This document shows positions 27,943-38,417 of a stretch of DNA of 64,000 bases, piece after piece (position 1 is the first letter of the stretch; every line of letters starts with the position of its first letter). The notes beneath the pieces are model-generated. The model worked only from the letters and a program-made list of their open reading frames with translations. It made no database searches and was not told the DNA's origin. The stretch is from Bryobacteraceae bacterium (GTDB lineage: Bacteria; Acidobacteriota; Terriglobia; Bryobacterales; Bryobacteraceae): NCBI GenBank assembly GCA_036521975.1, contig DATDGT010000371.1, positions 702 through 64,701 on the forward strand. The letters run 5' to 3'. A program made the position numbers and the translations under genes.

Positions 27943-30534
27943 ATGCGCTCCGCGGTCACGGTCGGGTCGATAATTCTGCTGGCGATGTTTCTGGCCGGCG
28001 ACCGGGCTAGGACGGCCGCGCAATCCCCGACGGTAGCCCAATTGAAACGCTCCTTCGAACATCCGCCCGACGATTCGCGGATCATGATGCGCTGGTGGTG
28101 GTTCGGTCCGGCGGTCACTGAGCCGGAACTGGAGCGCGAGATGAGACTCATGAAGGAGGGCGGCATCGGCGGATTCGAGGTCCAGCCTGTCTATCCGCTT
28201 ACGCTGGATGGGAATCTCACCTATCTCTCTCCGGAATTCCTCGACGCCTTGCGATTCACGGGGGCAAAGGCTCGCGAGCTTGGGTTGCGCATGGACCTGA
28301 CGCTCGCGAGTGGCTGGCCATACGGCGGGCCGCACATCCCAATAACGAAGGCCGCGGGTCGGCTGCGCGTGGAACGCAGCGCCCCGCAGCTAGCCGCGGG
28401 CGAAACACTTATCGCGCGTGCGGGAGATCTCTCGTTCATCGCAAGCCGCACGCGGCAAACAGTCAAGCGGCCGGCCGTGGGCGCCGAAGGTTTCGTGCTG
28501 GATCATTATGATCGTTCCGCACTGGAAGCCCATCTGAAGGCGGTCGGCGAGCCGATGCTTGATGCGTTGAAAAATACTCCTCCGTATGCGATTTTCAGCG
28601 ACAGTCTCGAGGTGTACAACTCGGATTGGACGCCCGATTTTCTGGAGGAGTTCAAGCAGAGGCGCGGATATGATCTGACGCCCTATTTGCCCGCGCTGGC
28701 GGGCAACGCGGACGAGCGCACTCGCGGCGTCGTTGCTTCCATCCGGCATGATTGGGCGCGCACGCTTACCGAACTGCTGGATGAGCACTACCTGGCTCCG
28801 CTCCGCGAATGGGCGCACAGCCACAATACCCGGTTTCGTTCTCAGAGTTACGGAACGCCTCCCGCGTCGCTTTCCAGCAACGCGCTGGTCGATTTGCCGG
28901 AAGGAGAAGGCTCCGACTGGCGCGGGTTCTCGATGACGCGCTGGGCGTCATCGGCGAGTCACCTATACGGCCGCCCGGTAACGTCTTCGGAGACCTGGAC
29001 CTGGCTGAACTCGCCCGCATTTCGCGCAACGCCGTTGGATATGAAGGCGGAGGCGGATCGGCATTTCCTTCAGGGGATCAACCAACTTATCGGGCACGGC
29101 TGGCCCTACTCGCCTCCGAGCGCCGGTCAACCGGGCTGGAGCTTTTATGCCGCGGCAGTATTCAGCGAACACAACCCCTGGTGGATTGCAATGCCGGATA
29201 TCGCGGCATACTTTCAGCGCATTAGTTTCCTATTGCGTCAAGGGCTCCCATCCAACGACGTGGCCCTGTATCTACCTACTGACGATGCATGGGCGAGTTT
29301 CACGTTAGGAAACGCATCTCTCAGCATCTCTGAGTCAGGCGCGATCGCGAAGCTTCTGGGCACAAGCCTTATTCCGCGGATTCTGGATGCCGGGTATAAT
29401 TTCGACTTCATCGACGACGGGGCGATCGCCCGAGTCCGGGTGCAGCATCCAGTGCTGATCCTTCCGAATATCGAGCGGATTCCGTGGGCGACCTACCAAA
29501 AGATTGCGGAATACGAGCGGCGCGGCGGCATCGTGATCGCCGTCGGCCGGAAGCCTTCGCAGGCGCCGGGATTGATGGAAGCCGAAACCGATACGCCGCG
29601 CATCCGGGAGTTGTCACGCACGCTGTTTGAATCCAGAGACAGCCGCAGCCGGTTCATAGAAGACGAGTCGCAATTGGGAGAAGCCCTGCATCGCGCGATG
29701 ACGCCGGATGCCGAGCTGCCGCGCGATGTCGGCTTCGTTCATCGCAAGCTGGATTCCGCCGACATTTACTTCGTGGCGAACACCAGCAATCATCCGGTCC
29801 GGGGGCCGGCGACGTTCCGCGATGGGCGGCGGACATCGCAATGGTGGGATCCGTTCAGCGGAAACGCGACCCGAGCAGGCGATCGGCGCCTAGAGTTGGC
29901 GCTGGCTCCGTATGAATCGCGGGTGCTGGTGTTCTCGGACGATCGTCTCCCAGATCCCAGCCAGGGCAAGCGTCCGGCAACTCGCAACACGGCCGCGCCC
30001 ATCGATATCAGCTCGAGCTGGACGGTGACCTTCCCAGGTTCGCAGCCCGCCGCGTTGGCCCGGCTCCAATCCTGGACGGACCTGCTTGATCGCAAATACT
30101 TTTCTGGCGTGGCGGTGTACGAGAAGACCGTAAACATCGACCGCACAATTCTGGCCGCAGGGCGCGACGTCTATTTGAACTTCGGCGAGGGCACACCTGT
30201 CACGGCGGTCGAGCGTCGCTCCGGCAACGGCATGCGTGCGATGTTCGAAGGGCCCGTGCGGGAAGCCGCGGTGGTGTACGTAAATGGTACGCGGGCTGGC
30301 TCGGTTTGGCGGCCTCCCTATGAAGTTCCCGTGGGCCATCTGCTACAACCAGGTCAGAATATGCTGCGGGTCCTTGTGGCGAATCTCGCCATAAACTCAC
30401 TTGCCAAGGGTCCGCCCGCGGACTACCGGGAATTGAACGCTCGTTTCGGTGAACGGTTCCAGCCGCAGGACATGGCGAATCTCCAGCCACTGCCTTCGGG
30501 ACTGCTAGGACCGATACGGTTGATTCCACGGTAA
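27943..30534 (+). CDS. GH106-like glycoside hydrolase (candidate alpha-L-rhamnosidase) with a C-terminal galactose-binding-like domain
   Basis: 863-aa ORF with a signal peptide. [19 protein letters not shown]...[16 protein letters not shown] matches the recalled GH106 N-terminal signature. The rhamnose-catabolic context supports the call. Confidence 0.55.
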   Translation: MRSAVTVGSIILLAMFLAGDRARTAAQSPTVAQLKRSFEHPPDDSRIMMRWWWFGPAVTEPELEREMRLMKEGGIGGFEVQPVYPLTLDGNLTYLSPEFLDALRFTGAKARELGLRMDLTLASGWPYGGPHIPITKAAGRLRVERSAPQLAAGETLIARAGDLSFIASRTRQTVKRPAVGAEGFVLDHYDRSALEAHLKAVGEPMLDALKNTPPYAIFSDSLEVYNSDWTPDFLEEFKQRRGYDLTPYLPALAGNADERTRGVVASIRHDWARTLTELLDEHYLAPLREWAHSHNTRFRSQSYGTPPASLSSNALVDLPEGEGSDWRGFSMTRWASSASHLYGRPVTSSETWTWLNSPAFRATPLDMKAEADRHFLQGINQLIGHGWPYSPPSAGQPGWSFYAAAVFSEHNPWWIAMPDIAAYFQRISFLLRQGLPSNDVALYLPTDDAWASFTLGNASLSISESGAIAKLLGTSLIPRILDAGYNFDFIDDGAIARVRVQHPVLILPNIERIPWATYQKIAEYERRGGIVIAVGRKPSQAPGLMEAETDTPRIRELSRTLFESRDSRSRFIEDESQLGEALHRAMTPDAELPRDVGFVHRKLDSADIYFVANTSNHPVRGPATFRDGRRTSQWWDPFSGNATRAGDRRLELALAPYESRVLVFSDDRLPDPSQGKRPATRNTAAPIDISSSWTVTFPGSQPAALARLQSWTDLLDRKYFSGVAVYEKTVNIDRTILAAGRDVYLNFGEGTPVTAVERRSGNGMRAMFEGPVREAAVVYVNGTRAGSVWRPPYEVPVGHLLQPGQNMLRVLVANLAINSLAKGPPADYRELNARFGERFQPQDMANLQPLPSGLLGPIRLIPR

Positions 30535-30686
30535 CCTGGTGTAGCTGCGCTTGGCGATTCCCTTAGAAATCGAGGCAGTGGCTCGCTTTTGAAGATCTAA
30601 CGCGTTTGGACAGACCTTCGTCAGGGCGGGCGGTTCCGCGGCTTGCGCGTTTGCCGCAAGTTGATGTGGAGGGGGAGTTCACGGGA

Positions 30687-30986
30687 TTAACTTTGCCGGA
30701 TCGCTGTGATCCCGCTCGGCTTCTGGACGACCCATCTCAAAAAGTTTTGAGAATGCCGTTTTTCCCTATCCAAAGGCGCGGCACTGTGGACGCATACATG
30801 CCGGGCTGTGATGATCCCTAAATTTCCCACATCAGTCGCAGACACAGCCTGCGTGCCGGCCTTCGGTTCGGCCACAGTCTGGGCACTGACGCTGCTTCGC
30901 GTGCCCGCCACGACGATGGCACCTCGGACATAGGCACTCAGAGGTGTGATTACCGCCAAACTTGTACTCCACAACCTATATTTCAC
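30687..30986 (-). CDS. hypothetical small protein
   Basis: 99-aa ORF with a GTG start in an AT-richer cassette. I recognise no family. Confidence 0.3.
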   Translation of the reverse strand: MKYRLWSTSLAVITPLSAYVRGAIVVAGTRSSVSAQTVAEPKAGTQAVSATDVGNLGIITARHVCVHSAAPLDREKRHSQNFLRWVVQKPSGITAIRQS

Positions 30987-31001
30987 TCTCTGTGGCTTTC
31001 T

Positions 31002-31370
31002 CTACACGTACTCGCCGACCACTAGGCGCGGGGCGCGAGGAGCCTTACTTTTCTGAATATAAATGCAGTCGTTGCCGCTGTGAACGAACTGCACTTCAAA
31101 CCCGTTTGTTCTGCCGTTGCTGGCAGGCCGACTGTTCCTCCGAATGTATCCCGCCTTGGCTAGTTCCGTAAGGTTCAACCTGTAAGTTCCGATGTAATGA
31201 AGCGGTGCCGACTTGCTAGTTTGCCAGTGGAGGGTTATGTGCGTCGGATCTTCTTCCTCTGGTATGAATCCATGCCATGTTCTTCCAGCCTTTTCGTCGT
31301 CGCCGTTCCAAGAGCGGCCATGACTAGTTCCGTTGGGTAGGCGAATGAATAGAAACGGTGTATTCTCCAA
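31002..31370 (-). CDS. hypothetical protein
   Basis: 122-aa ORF in the AT-richer cassette, divergent from 31482-32075. I recognise no family. Confidence 0.4.
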   Translation of the reverse strand: MENTPFLFIRLPNGTSHGRSWNGDDEKAGRTWHGFIPEEEDPTHITLHWQTSKSAPLHYIGTYRLNLTELAKAGYIRRNSRPASNGRTNGFEVQFVHSGNDCIYIQKSKAPRAPRLVVGEYV

Positions 31371-31481
31371 AGATTTCTCCTTTCAGTGAGATTGTATAAC
31401 AGCCATGAATTAGCGTCCCCCGCCGTTCGACGTCCCGCGCTATTGTCGTAGCTTGACAAAGTTTCTCAGGAGAAACACCAC

Positions 31482-32075
31482 ATGGCACTACTAGCAGAGG
31501 GCCTCGTTGAAGAGTGGCTGAACCGCAGCGGGTTCTTCACCATGCGGGGGATTAAGCACGGTCGTGTAAATCGTCGCGCTGCACAGGCTCGGCGCGGTGT
31601 CAATGAACTCGACCTTTTGGGTATCCGGTGCGAGCCGGGGGGAGCAGTCACTGGCTGGCACGTCGAGGTGCAGGGCAGTTTCCGCCCAATCGGATACATC
31701 GCCAAGTTGACGGAGGAAATCGCAGGAGGGCGGGCGCTAACGTCGGCTAAGAAACGCACTCAGCACGAAGTAGAGGTGTGCGCTCGGAAGTGGGTACGGG
31801 CAAAATTCACTTCCGACGATAAGAACCGTGTCCGGGAAAAACTGTGGCCGGGCGTGCGGTGGTCGCATCACCTCGTTCATGCCGTTGTACGGGAGCCGGC
31901 CGAGCTACGCGTGTTTGCGGACGAAGGCGTCAAATGTCACCCCTTCCATGAAGTGTTGACCGAACTATTGAGTGGGGGAGACGCGGGTTTCTCCGGGTCA
32001 GCGGGCGGTGACCTCGCGGAGATTGTTGGCTACTATACTGGCCAAGCCGCAGAGGCGAAATCTCCCAATGGGTAG
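31482..32075 (+). CDS. hypothetical protein with a PD-(D/E)xK nuclease-like N-terminal signature
   Basis: ATG is preceded by AGGAGA. EGLVEEWLNRSGFF...NELDLLGI...GWHVEVQGS resembles the YraN/endonuclease core (E...D...ExK, here ExQ). Confidence 0.45.
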   Translation: MALLAEGLVEEWLNRSGFFTMRGIKHGRVNRRAAQARRGVNELDLLGIRCEPGGAVTGWHVEVQGSFRPIGYIAKLTEEIAGGRALTSAKKRTQHEVEVCARKWVRAKFTSDDKNRVREKLWPGVRWSHHLVHAVVREPAELRVFADEGVKCHPFHEVLTELLSGGDAGFSGSAGGDLAEIVGYYTGQAAEAKSPNG

Positions 32076-32423
32076 TTTTGAGAGCGCCTGGGCCCCGCGA
32101 AAGTCGGGGGTCCGCATTCTCAAAAGTCTCTCGCAAAACGAAAACGAGGTTCGGGGCTTCCGGAGGGCCGAGCCTCGGGCCGGCGCTGTAGCTGTAAAAG
32201 ATGCTTTGCGACAGTCGGTCGAGTTCGCAAATGCCTCTCTCGCAACTGCGAACGGGCAGAGCCTCGACTCGCCCGGACCCCAGCGTGGCTAGGCCGCAGG
32301 CGCGTTGTTCGGAAGCACCGTTCCGGGTTGATCCCGTGAAGAAGTGGACGGCAGTGCCGCCGGCTCGTCGATCCGTTTTTCCGTCGGGTGAACCGGCCCA
32401 CTGAAGTCTCGATTCCGCGTCGC

Positions 32424-34025
32424 TCAAAAAACCTTCCGTTCGTCAGCGCGATCGACCTGCGCGTCCGCCAAGGGCTTACTTTGGTTGACGTTGAAGTCCT
32501 CCACGTTACTGAGGACGAAAGCCGGAACGTCTGAGGCATGCGCCGGAATCTTGATGTGGGAGAAGCTTGCGCCCTGGACATCGCCGAGGACAAACGCCGG
32601 CCGGGCGTCTTCCTTCAGAGCGGAGATCTCGATGTCCCTCATCTCGATGTTCCTCGCGTGCCGGATATAGCAGCCATGGGAGGGCATCGCGCCGAACATC
32701 GTCGGTTCCGGATAGGCGGTCTCATTCTCCGGCGGTTTAATAGCGGCGGTCTCCTTCGTGCCGCCGCCGCGGTGCTGCACGTAAATGTTGCTCAGTTTCA
32801 CATCCTCAATCGGATGAGCCGGAATGCCGCTGATGATCGACGAAATCCGCGAAGCCGAATTCGAACAGACTATATCGCTAATCAGCACGCGCCGCAGGAC
32901 CCCCACAGGCACGCCTTCCGGGCCGCGCATTCGGCGTCCCAAACGGAGAAACAACGGCGCCGTGATGATATCGCGCATGGTGATGTTGCTGATGGTTACG
33001 TCTTCCAGCACTCCGCCATCAACTGTCTCCAGCGCCAGCCCCTGGCACCCATCGAACACGATATTCGAAATGGTGATGTTCTTGAACCCGCCATTGGATT
33101 CCGTGCCGAACTTGATTCGGCCTGTTCGGGGAACCGTAAAGTCGGGGGCGAAACGCTTATAGGAGCCATCCAGTAGCGTGCCCTCCTCGAAGTTGCCGCT
33201 TACAAAACAGTTGGTGATGGTGACCATCTCCGTGGGCCGCGCGAAGCCCAACCCGAACGAACTTTTGAGACAAATGGCGTCGTCCCATGGCGAGTTGACG
33301 CTAGTGTTGGAGACGCGCACGTTACGGCAGCAGTCAATGTCGATCCCATCGCGGTTGGTGTCGATTTTCAGGTTGTCGATCGTGAAGTTGTCCACTCCAG
33401 TGGCTAGGATGCCGAAATGCCCGCCATGCAGGATCGAGAAATCCCGCAGCGTCACATTGCGGCAATTCTTCAGGCTGATGGCCTTGTTGGCGACTCCCGG
33501 CTGCTCGGCTACGGGTCCCGGACCGTAGCCTTTGCTTAAGCCCTTGCCCCATATGAGTCCCGGTCCGAGGATGGAGATATCGTGCAGATCTTCGCCCCAG
33601 ATCAAACTGTTGCGCCAGTGGCTGTGTCCAAAATCCTGATATTGGCTCCATTGGTTTGGCTCGGGCAGATCGTAGCCGCCGCCCGTGCTTGAAGGAGTTC
33701 CTTGCGGGAGCGGATCGGCAGCCACCAGCGATGCGCCTTCGCCAAGGTACAGCGTCACATCGCTCTTGAGATGGATCGAGTGAGATAAATAGCTGCCCGC
33801 CGGAAATATCACGCTGCCTCCGCCGGCGGATGCCGCGGCGTCGATCGCCTTGTTGATGGAGGAGGTATCGAGCGACTTGCCATCCCCCTTGGCGCCGAAC
33901 GCCTTCACGTCGAATGCGCGCGCTTCTTGCTGCGCAAACGCGGCAACCGCGCCCACGCCGGCTAGCTGGGCGAGCTGCGCAACGACGCGACGGCGCGTTG
34001 GGTGCAGATGATTCCCTGTATCCAT
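32424..34025 (-). CDS. GH28-family glycoside hydrolase, Tat-exported
   Basis: 533-aa ORF with RRRVVAQLAQLAG, FGAKGDGKSLDTSSINKAIDAA, NRDGIDIDCC and WDDAICLKSS. Confidence 0.8.
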   Translation of the reverse strand: MDTGNHLHPTRRRVVAQLAQLAGVGAVAAFAQQEARAFDVKAFGAKGDGKSLDTSSINKAIDAAASAGGGSVIFPAGSYLSHSIHLKSDVTLYLGEGASLVAADPLPQGTPSSTGGGYDLPEPNQWSQYQDFGHSHWRNSLIWGEDLHDISILGPGLIWGKGLSKGYGPGPVAEQPGVANKAISLKNCRNVTLRDFSILHGGHFGILATGVDNFTIDNLKIDTNRDGIDIDCCRNVRVSNTSVNSPWDDAICLKSSFGLGFARPTEMVTITNCFVSGNFEEGTLLDGSYKRFAPDFTVPRTGRIKFGTESNGGFKNITISNIVFDGCQGLALETVDGGVLEDVTISNITMRDIITAPLFLRLGRRMRGPEGVPVGVLRRVLISDIVCSNSASRISSIISGIPAHPIEDVKLSNIYVQHRGGGTKETAAIKPPENETAYPEPTMFGAMPSHGCYIRHARNIEMRDIEISALKEDARPAFVLGDVQGASFSHIKIPAHASDVPAFVLSNVEDFNVNQSKPLADAQVDRADERKVF

Positions 34026-34034
34026 GGAGTGATT

Positions 34035-35606
34035 CTACGCGAGTGCAACTCGCGCGTTCGCCCGGAGCGCGATCTTTTGCATCTCGCGGCCCGCTAACTG
34101 GATTGTCACCGTCTGCGGCTGCTCGCTGATGCCGGTCAATGCCCTGGGTACGCCGGCGTCATCGGTGACCAGCCTTGCCGTCCCGGAGCCGATACGGCCG
34201 AGCACTTTACCCCCAAGGCGAAGCTCCGCGCCGTTTCGATCGTATTTCATTTCCGCCGTCCGGCCCGCATCGGTTCGTATGCTGAAGAGCGCTGATTGCG
34301 CGGCGGGATGGCCCGGCCGCACATTCCATTCGAGCGAATCGCCTTCTTCCCGCACGCCGGCCAAGCGCCACGTGTAATCGAGCATCACGAGCGCCGCCGG
34401 CGAATAGTTGCCCGCGCCCTGCTTCGTGAATTCCCCGCTTAGCGGATCTAATTGTTGCCGGAAACTCATATCGGCTTGGATCGCATCGCACCAGCGGTCC
34501 ATCATGACGCTGAATTCCGCGGGACGCCCGTAGTATTCCAACCAGCGGCCGGCTCGTAGCGCCGTCAAGGCTTGCGAAGCTCCTCCCCAGGAATTCCGTG
34601 GAATGGGACGCACAAACATCGGATCGTCCAGCGCCACGGAAGGCAGCGGCCAGGGCGCCCAAAATGCCTTCGGGTTATGAAGCTGACGAGCCCAGAGGTT
34701 GTCGAAAAGCGCCTGGTCCGGAATGTGCTCGCCGCAGACCCGGCTGAGGATGTCGCAACGGATCTTGACAAAGCGATTCCGAGCATCCAAGTCATAGAAC
34801 GCCGCATCCTCTTGGACGTATAGACGCGAAAGAATCAGATTGCGAATCTCTTCGGCTCGCGCAGTCCAGCGATCCGCTTCCGCAGTTTTTCCCAGCGCCT
34901 TGGCCATCGCGGATAGCGCGACACGCCCCCCGTAGACGGTCGCGGAAAGGTCGGGACAAAGCCGGGGCAGCGATGGTATTGGCGCATGTTTTTTCGCATC
35001 CTTATCCGGACACTGCGGAGGGATGCCGTCCCATCGCGGGCTGTTGTCATGTCCCGTGTCGTAGGTGCAGAATCCTTCGACGAGTCCAGTTCCGCGAGTA
35101 TTTCGGTAGCGCACGAGCCAATCGTCCCAGGCGGAACACGCCCGATACGCCATGCGCAGAAACTCGTCGTCGCCGGTCGACCGGCTAAGCTCCCAGGCTG
35201 TCGCGGCGATAGGCACGACCATCTGAATCTGTCCAAAGCCGGTCTCGGATACTTTGTTGTTAGCGGGGAACTGTCCGTCGGACCGTTGGAGCGCGAAGAA
35301 AATCAGGTGGCTGTTTCGAGCAGCGTCAGGCCCGAATTTCCGGTACACCAGCGCCTCATGCGGTCCGCACTCCATCCAGATTCCCGCGTAGTTCGCGCCT
35401 TCGATCAGCACGGGTTTACTGTAGCGGGGCAAAACTTGAACATTTGCGGCAAGAACTGCGAGCGCGCGATCGTAAGCGGTCTGCCAGCGGGAGTTCGCTG
35501 TGCGGAATTCCGGCCGTTGCGGATCGGGCTCAGGAGAAGCGGAAACGAAGCGATCTCCCAGTCCTGCCGCTGCTGCCTGCCATATAAACTCGCGCCGACG
35601 CATCAT
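34035..35606 (-). CDS. six-hairpin glycoside hydrolase (GH63/MGH1-like), Tat-exported
   Basis: 523-aa ORF with MMRRREFIWQAAAAGLG. YDTGHDNSPRWD resembles the GH63/MGH1 acid-residue motif. Confidence 0.5.
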   Translation of the reverse strand: MMRRREFIWQAAAAGLGDRFVSASPEPDPQRPEFRTANSRWQTAYDRALAVLAANVQVLPRYSKPVLIEGANYAGIWMECGPHEALVYRKFGPDAARNSHLIFFALQRSDGQFPANNKVSETGFGQIQMVVPIAATAWELSRSTGDDEFLRMAYRACSAWDDWLVRYRNTRGTGLVEGFCTYDTGHDNSPRWDGIPPQCPDKDAKKHAPIPSLPRLCPDLSATVYGGRVALSAMAKALGKTAEADRWTARAEEIRNLILSRLYVQEDAAFYDLDARNRFVKIRCDILSRVCGEHIPDQALFDNLWARQLHNPKAFWAPWPLPSVALDDPMFVRPIPRNSWGGASQALTALRAGRWLEYYGRPAEFSVMMDRWCDAIQADMSFRQQLDPLSGEFTKQGAGNYSPAALVMLDYTWRLAGVREEGDSLEWNVRPGHPAAQSALFSIRTDAGRTAEMKYDRNGAELRLGGKVLGRIGSGTARLVTDDAGVPRALTGISEQPQTVTIQLAGREMQKIALRANARVALA

Positions 35607-35782
35607 TCAATGAGTAGCAGATCGCGCACTCCTCGCCGAGCGGACCGGACGGTCCGGATATCCCAAATTCCGATCTGAGTTGATGGCCGTAGATAAGCGC
35701 TCGCGGACCTGCGCGGCTGCATTGGTTAGCCGATCGCGTCCGTTGGGTTCAAGAGCGTGACTTGCCGGGGTGCTGGAGCATG

Positions 35783-36115
35783 CTATGCAGCCCGGCTCTT
35801 GCGGCGTTTTGAACCCGTCACCTGAACGGCGAGTCGCATTCCGAACGCCTTCAATACGGCCGCCAGACTGTCCAGCGATGGATTGCCGGACTTGGAGAGC
35901 ATGCGATAAAGGCTTTCCCGATTCAGTCTTCCATCTCGGGACAAAGCTCTAATTCCGCCGTGCGCGTCGGCAACATCGCGAAGAGCGAGCAGGAAGACCC
36001 GCGTGTCTTCGTCGTCGAGACAGGCGCTGAGATAAGAGGCTGCCTCGTCCGGGTTTCGTAGCGATTCCAGGAGATTCTCCCGATAGGAATCAGTTGTGAC
36101 CGCGGCTTTTCGCAT
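35783..36115 (-). CDS. addiction-module antidote protein, HigA family (TIGR02684-like)
   Basis: 110-aa ORF. NPDEAASYLSACLDDEDTRVFLLALRDVADAHGG...LNRESLYRMLSKSGNPSLDSLAAVLKAFGMRLAV closely matches the recalled family consensus. Confidence 0.75.
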   Translation of the reverse strand: MRKAAVTTDSYRENLLESLRNPDEAASYLSACLDDEDTRVFLLALRDVADAHGGIRALSRDGRLNRESLYRMLSKSGNPSLDSLAAVLKAFGMRLAVQVTGSKRRKSRAA

Positions 36116-36171
36116 TCAGGTACTCCTTCCAGTATCTCTTTTGGACCCGATGCGTCGTTTCTACGGCTCGC

Positions 36172-37410
36172 CTACGCATAATTCGACCCCGGAGCCATCT
36201 CCCTCTGGCTTCGCTCCGCGGTGATGCGCTCAAGATACCCGCTTTGGCGAAACGCGTCCATGGGATCGGACGGAAGGCTTCTGGAAAGCGCCCATTCGCG
36301 AATGACCGGCCGCACATCGGTGGAGAACGCTTCCTTGAGACAGGTCTCCGCGTCTATCAACGCACACTTTGCCTGACAAACGGCGAGTCTCTCGTGATCA
36401 ACCAGAGCCGCCTTCGCGAACAGCTCTAGCGCGGACATCACTGTCTGGATCATGGCCTCTATCTTGCCTTTCAGGTTGTGGCTCTGATCGATCATATAGG
36501 CGATATCGGCCCGCTTGCCGGACTCCCATTCGAAAAAGAGAATCTCGTGAAAAATGCGAAAGATCTGATAGGGATCGATCGAACCAAGCGTCAGGTCGTC
36601 ATCGGCGTAGCGCCGGTCGTTCAAATGGAACCCTCCCAGCATGTCGAGATCCAGCAGCCATGCCACAATCTGTTCGATGTTCTGACCTTGATAGTGGTGG
36701 CCGGTGTCGACGAGCACCTTCGCGCTTGGTCCCGCGGCCTGCGCGTGCCACAGCGCCATGCCCCAATCGGCGATGTCGGTGTGATAGAAGGCGGGCTCGA
36801 ACGGTTTGTATTCCACCAGCAGGCGCTGAGCATATCCAAAAACATCTGGCCCAAGAACGTTCTTCGCCAGGCGCGCGTGAGCAGCCTGGAGCGCTTCGGC
36901 GAACCATTGCCTCCGCCGGCGAATATTCTGCGTGCCGGGATAGTTCGACCCGTCGGCGAACCACAGGGAAACATCGCGGCTGCCCAGCCGTCTGGCGATT
37001 TCGATACTGTCCAGGATGTGATCGAGTGCCTGTTTGCGCACGCCCAAGTCGGGATTACCGAGCGAGCCATATTTGTAGATTTGGTCCTGGAACGTATTCG
37101 GATTGATGGAACCTGGCCGCAACCCGTGCTGCGCGGCCAACGCCTGCACCTTTGCTACATCGCCGGTTCCACTGGGCATGTCCCACAGTACGTGTAGCGC
37201 AAGAGTGGGGCACACTCCGGTCCAGCGGTGGACCTCGCCGGCATCGCTGAATTCTTCTTCAATGGTGGAGGCCGCGGCCGGTTGGAGAAATTTACCAAAA
37301 CGTGTTCCGGTATTGGCGAAACCCCAAGACGGCAGTTCGATGCGAAACGCGTCTAGCGCTTTATAGATGGAATCGGCCTGGGCGGTTGTCAAACGGCTAT
37401 TGAAACACAT
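36172..37410 (-). CDS. rhaI: L-rhamnose isomerase (Pseudomonas stutzeri/Rhizobium type, TIM barrel)
   Basis: 412-aa ORF. PSWGFANTGTRFGKF, YKYGSL, EYKPFEPAFY, DTGHH, GGFHLNDRRYADDDL and MIDQSHN parallel P. stutzeri L-RhI. Confidence 0.88.
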   Translation of the reverse strand: MCFNSRLTTAQADSIYKALDAFRIELPSWGFANTGTRFGKFLQPAAASTIEEEFSDAGEVHRWTGVCPTLALHVLWDMPSGTGDVAKVQALAAQHGLRPGSINPNTFQDQIYKYGSLGNPDLGVRKQALDHILDSIEIARRLGSRDVSLWFADGSNYPGTQNIRRRRQWFAEALQAAHARLAKNVLGPDVFGYAQRLLVEYKPFEPAFYHTDIADWGMALWHAQAAGPSAKVLVDTGHHYQGQNIEQIVAWLLDLDMLGGFHLNDRRYADDDLTLGSIDPYQIFRIFHEILFFEWESGKRADIAYMIDQSHNLKGKIEAMIQTVMSALELFAKAALVDHERLAVCQAKCALIDAETCLKEAFSTDVRPVIREWALSRSLPSDPMDAFRQSGYLERITAERSQREMAPGSNYA

Positions 37411-37454
37411 CGTGGTGTGATGGCGGGTAAACGCGACAGTAAGCGATCGCTAAA

Positions 37455-37637
37455 CTACAAAACTTCTCGTCCCTTGGGAACCATTTCAGGCGTGAGAAAA
37501 GTCTTTGGCAGCTCGCCCTCGCCGGCCAGGGTAAACTTGCTAAAGCGCTTATACCACATCCCTTCCGGCACGTCGGGTTCAGATTCCAGCCAGTGTTTCA
37601 GCTCGAGGAAGTCGGGAGAGGAGATTCGGTCGTTCAA
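37455..37637 (-). CDS. hypothetical small protein
   Basis: 60-aa ORF at the edge of the AT-richer cassette. I recognise no family. Confidence 0.3.
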   Translation of the reverse strand: MNDRISSPDFLELKHWLESEPDVPEGMWYKRFSKFTLAGEGELPKTFLTPEMVPKGREVL

Positions 37638-37737
37638 CCCCTGCGCAGCGTCCGCGGTTTACGTGGACCCAATGCCAGACAGGTCAAAAAGGGGCAAAGC
37701 AACTCGCGGGCACGCATTGGCACGCGAAGATGGGAGT

Positions 37738-38313
37738 TCAGAGCTGAAGCTTAAGTCTGTAGTAATCGGGCTGGCGAACGATGCGCTTGATGGGCGTGCC
37801 GGGAGCGTATTGTGTGATCATCCCGCTGATCTCGTCATACTCGCGGTTTTCACAACCCAGTACTATGGCGGTTATGGCGCCGTCGGGCAGCTTGACGTAG
37901 TTGCTGTCAAGTTTGGCGGGTCCGTTCGCGGTGCACGAGCCGATGATCCGAAACTCTCGTTCGTAACACCAGTCCGCAGACTTGGCCAAGATGAGGCGCA
38001 GCGGGTTCCCCTGCCAAATGCCCGCGGAGGTCCACTCGGGATATTCTTTGCTGTACCTCACGGGTCGAGCCTTCGAAATGAGCGGGTTACCTTTGCCAAG
38101 CTCTATACAGATTCCGCGATGTCGGTCGGCGTAATGTGACCACATGAGGGTATTTTCGGGAAAGGGCGTCAGGCAGTAAATTCGCCGCTTGACGACCTCG
38201 GCCTGCAGGAGGCGGCTTGCCGATTCTGGTGCGCCTTTTAAAAACGGCTTGCAGTCCCACGGGTCATTAACGTCGAGCGGGTCCGAAAAGAAAATGCGCC
38301 GGTCTCGCAACAT
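37738..38313 (-). CDS. DUF2971-family protein (paralogue 1; the conserved N-terminus lies upstream of the first canonical start)
   Basis: FFSDPLDVNDPWDCKP, RRIYCLTPFPENTLMWSHYADRHRGICIE, AKSADWCYEREFR and LPDGAITAIVLGC. The frame stays open to 38427 and encodes FEKFYHYQPF. Confidence 0.65.
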   Translation of the reverse strand: MLRDRRIFFSDPLDVNDPWDCKPFLKGAPESASRLLQAEVVKRRIYCLTPFPENTLMWSHYADRHRGICIELGKGNPLISKARPVRYSKEYPEWTSAGIWQGNPLRLILAKSADWCYEREFRIIGSCTANGPAKLDSNYVKLPDGAITAIVLGCENREYDEISGMITQYAPGTPIKRIVRQPDYYRLKLQL

Positions 38314-38417
38314 GTCCCGAAGATAGTCCTTATACTTCCCAGAAAATGGCTGGTAGTGATAAAACTTCTCAAAGTCACATTGCTTCGCGGTGGGATCGAT
38401 GAGGGGCTCTGGATGCG

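Noticed and set aside
30745-32125. 12-bp inverted repeat (ttttgagaatgc / gcattctcaaaa) flanking most of the 30.5-32.4 kb cassette, as possible terminal inverted repeats
   Set aside because: A single 12-mer match within a 2-kb neighbourhood is roughly at chance expectation. The left copy lies inside an ORF, and no transposase or target-site duplication is seen.
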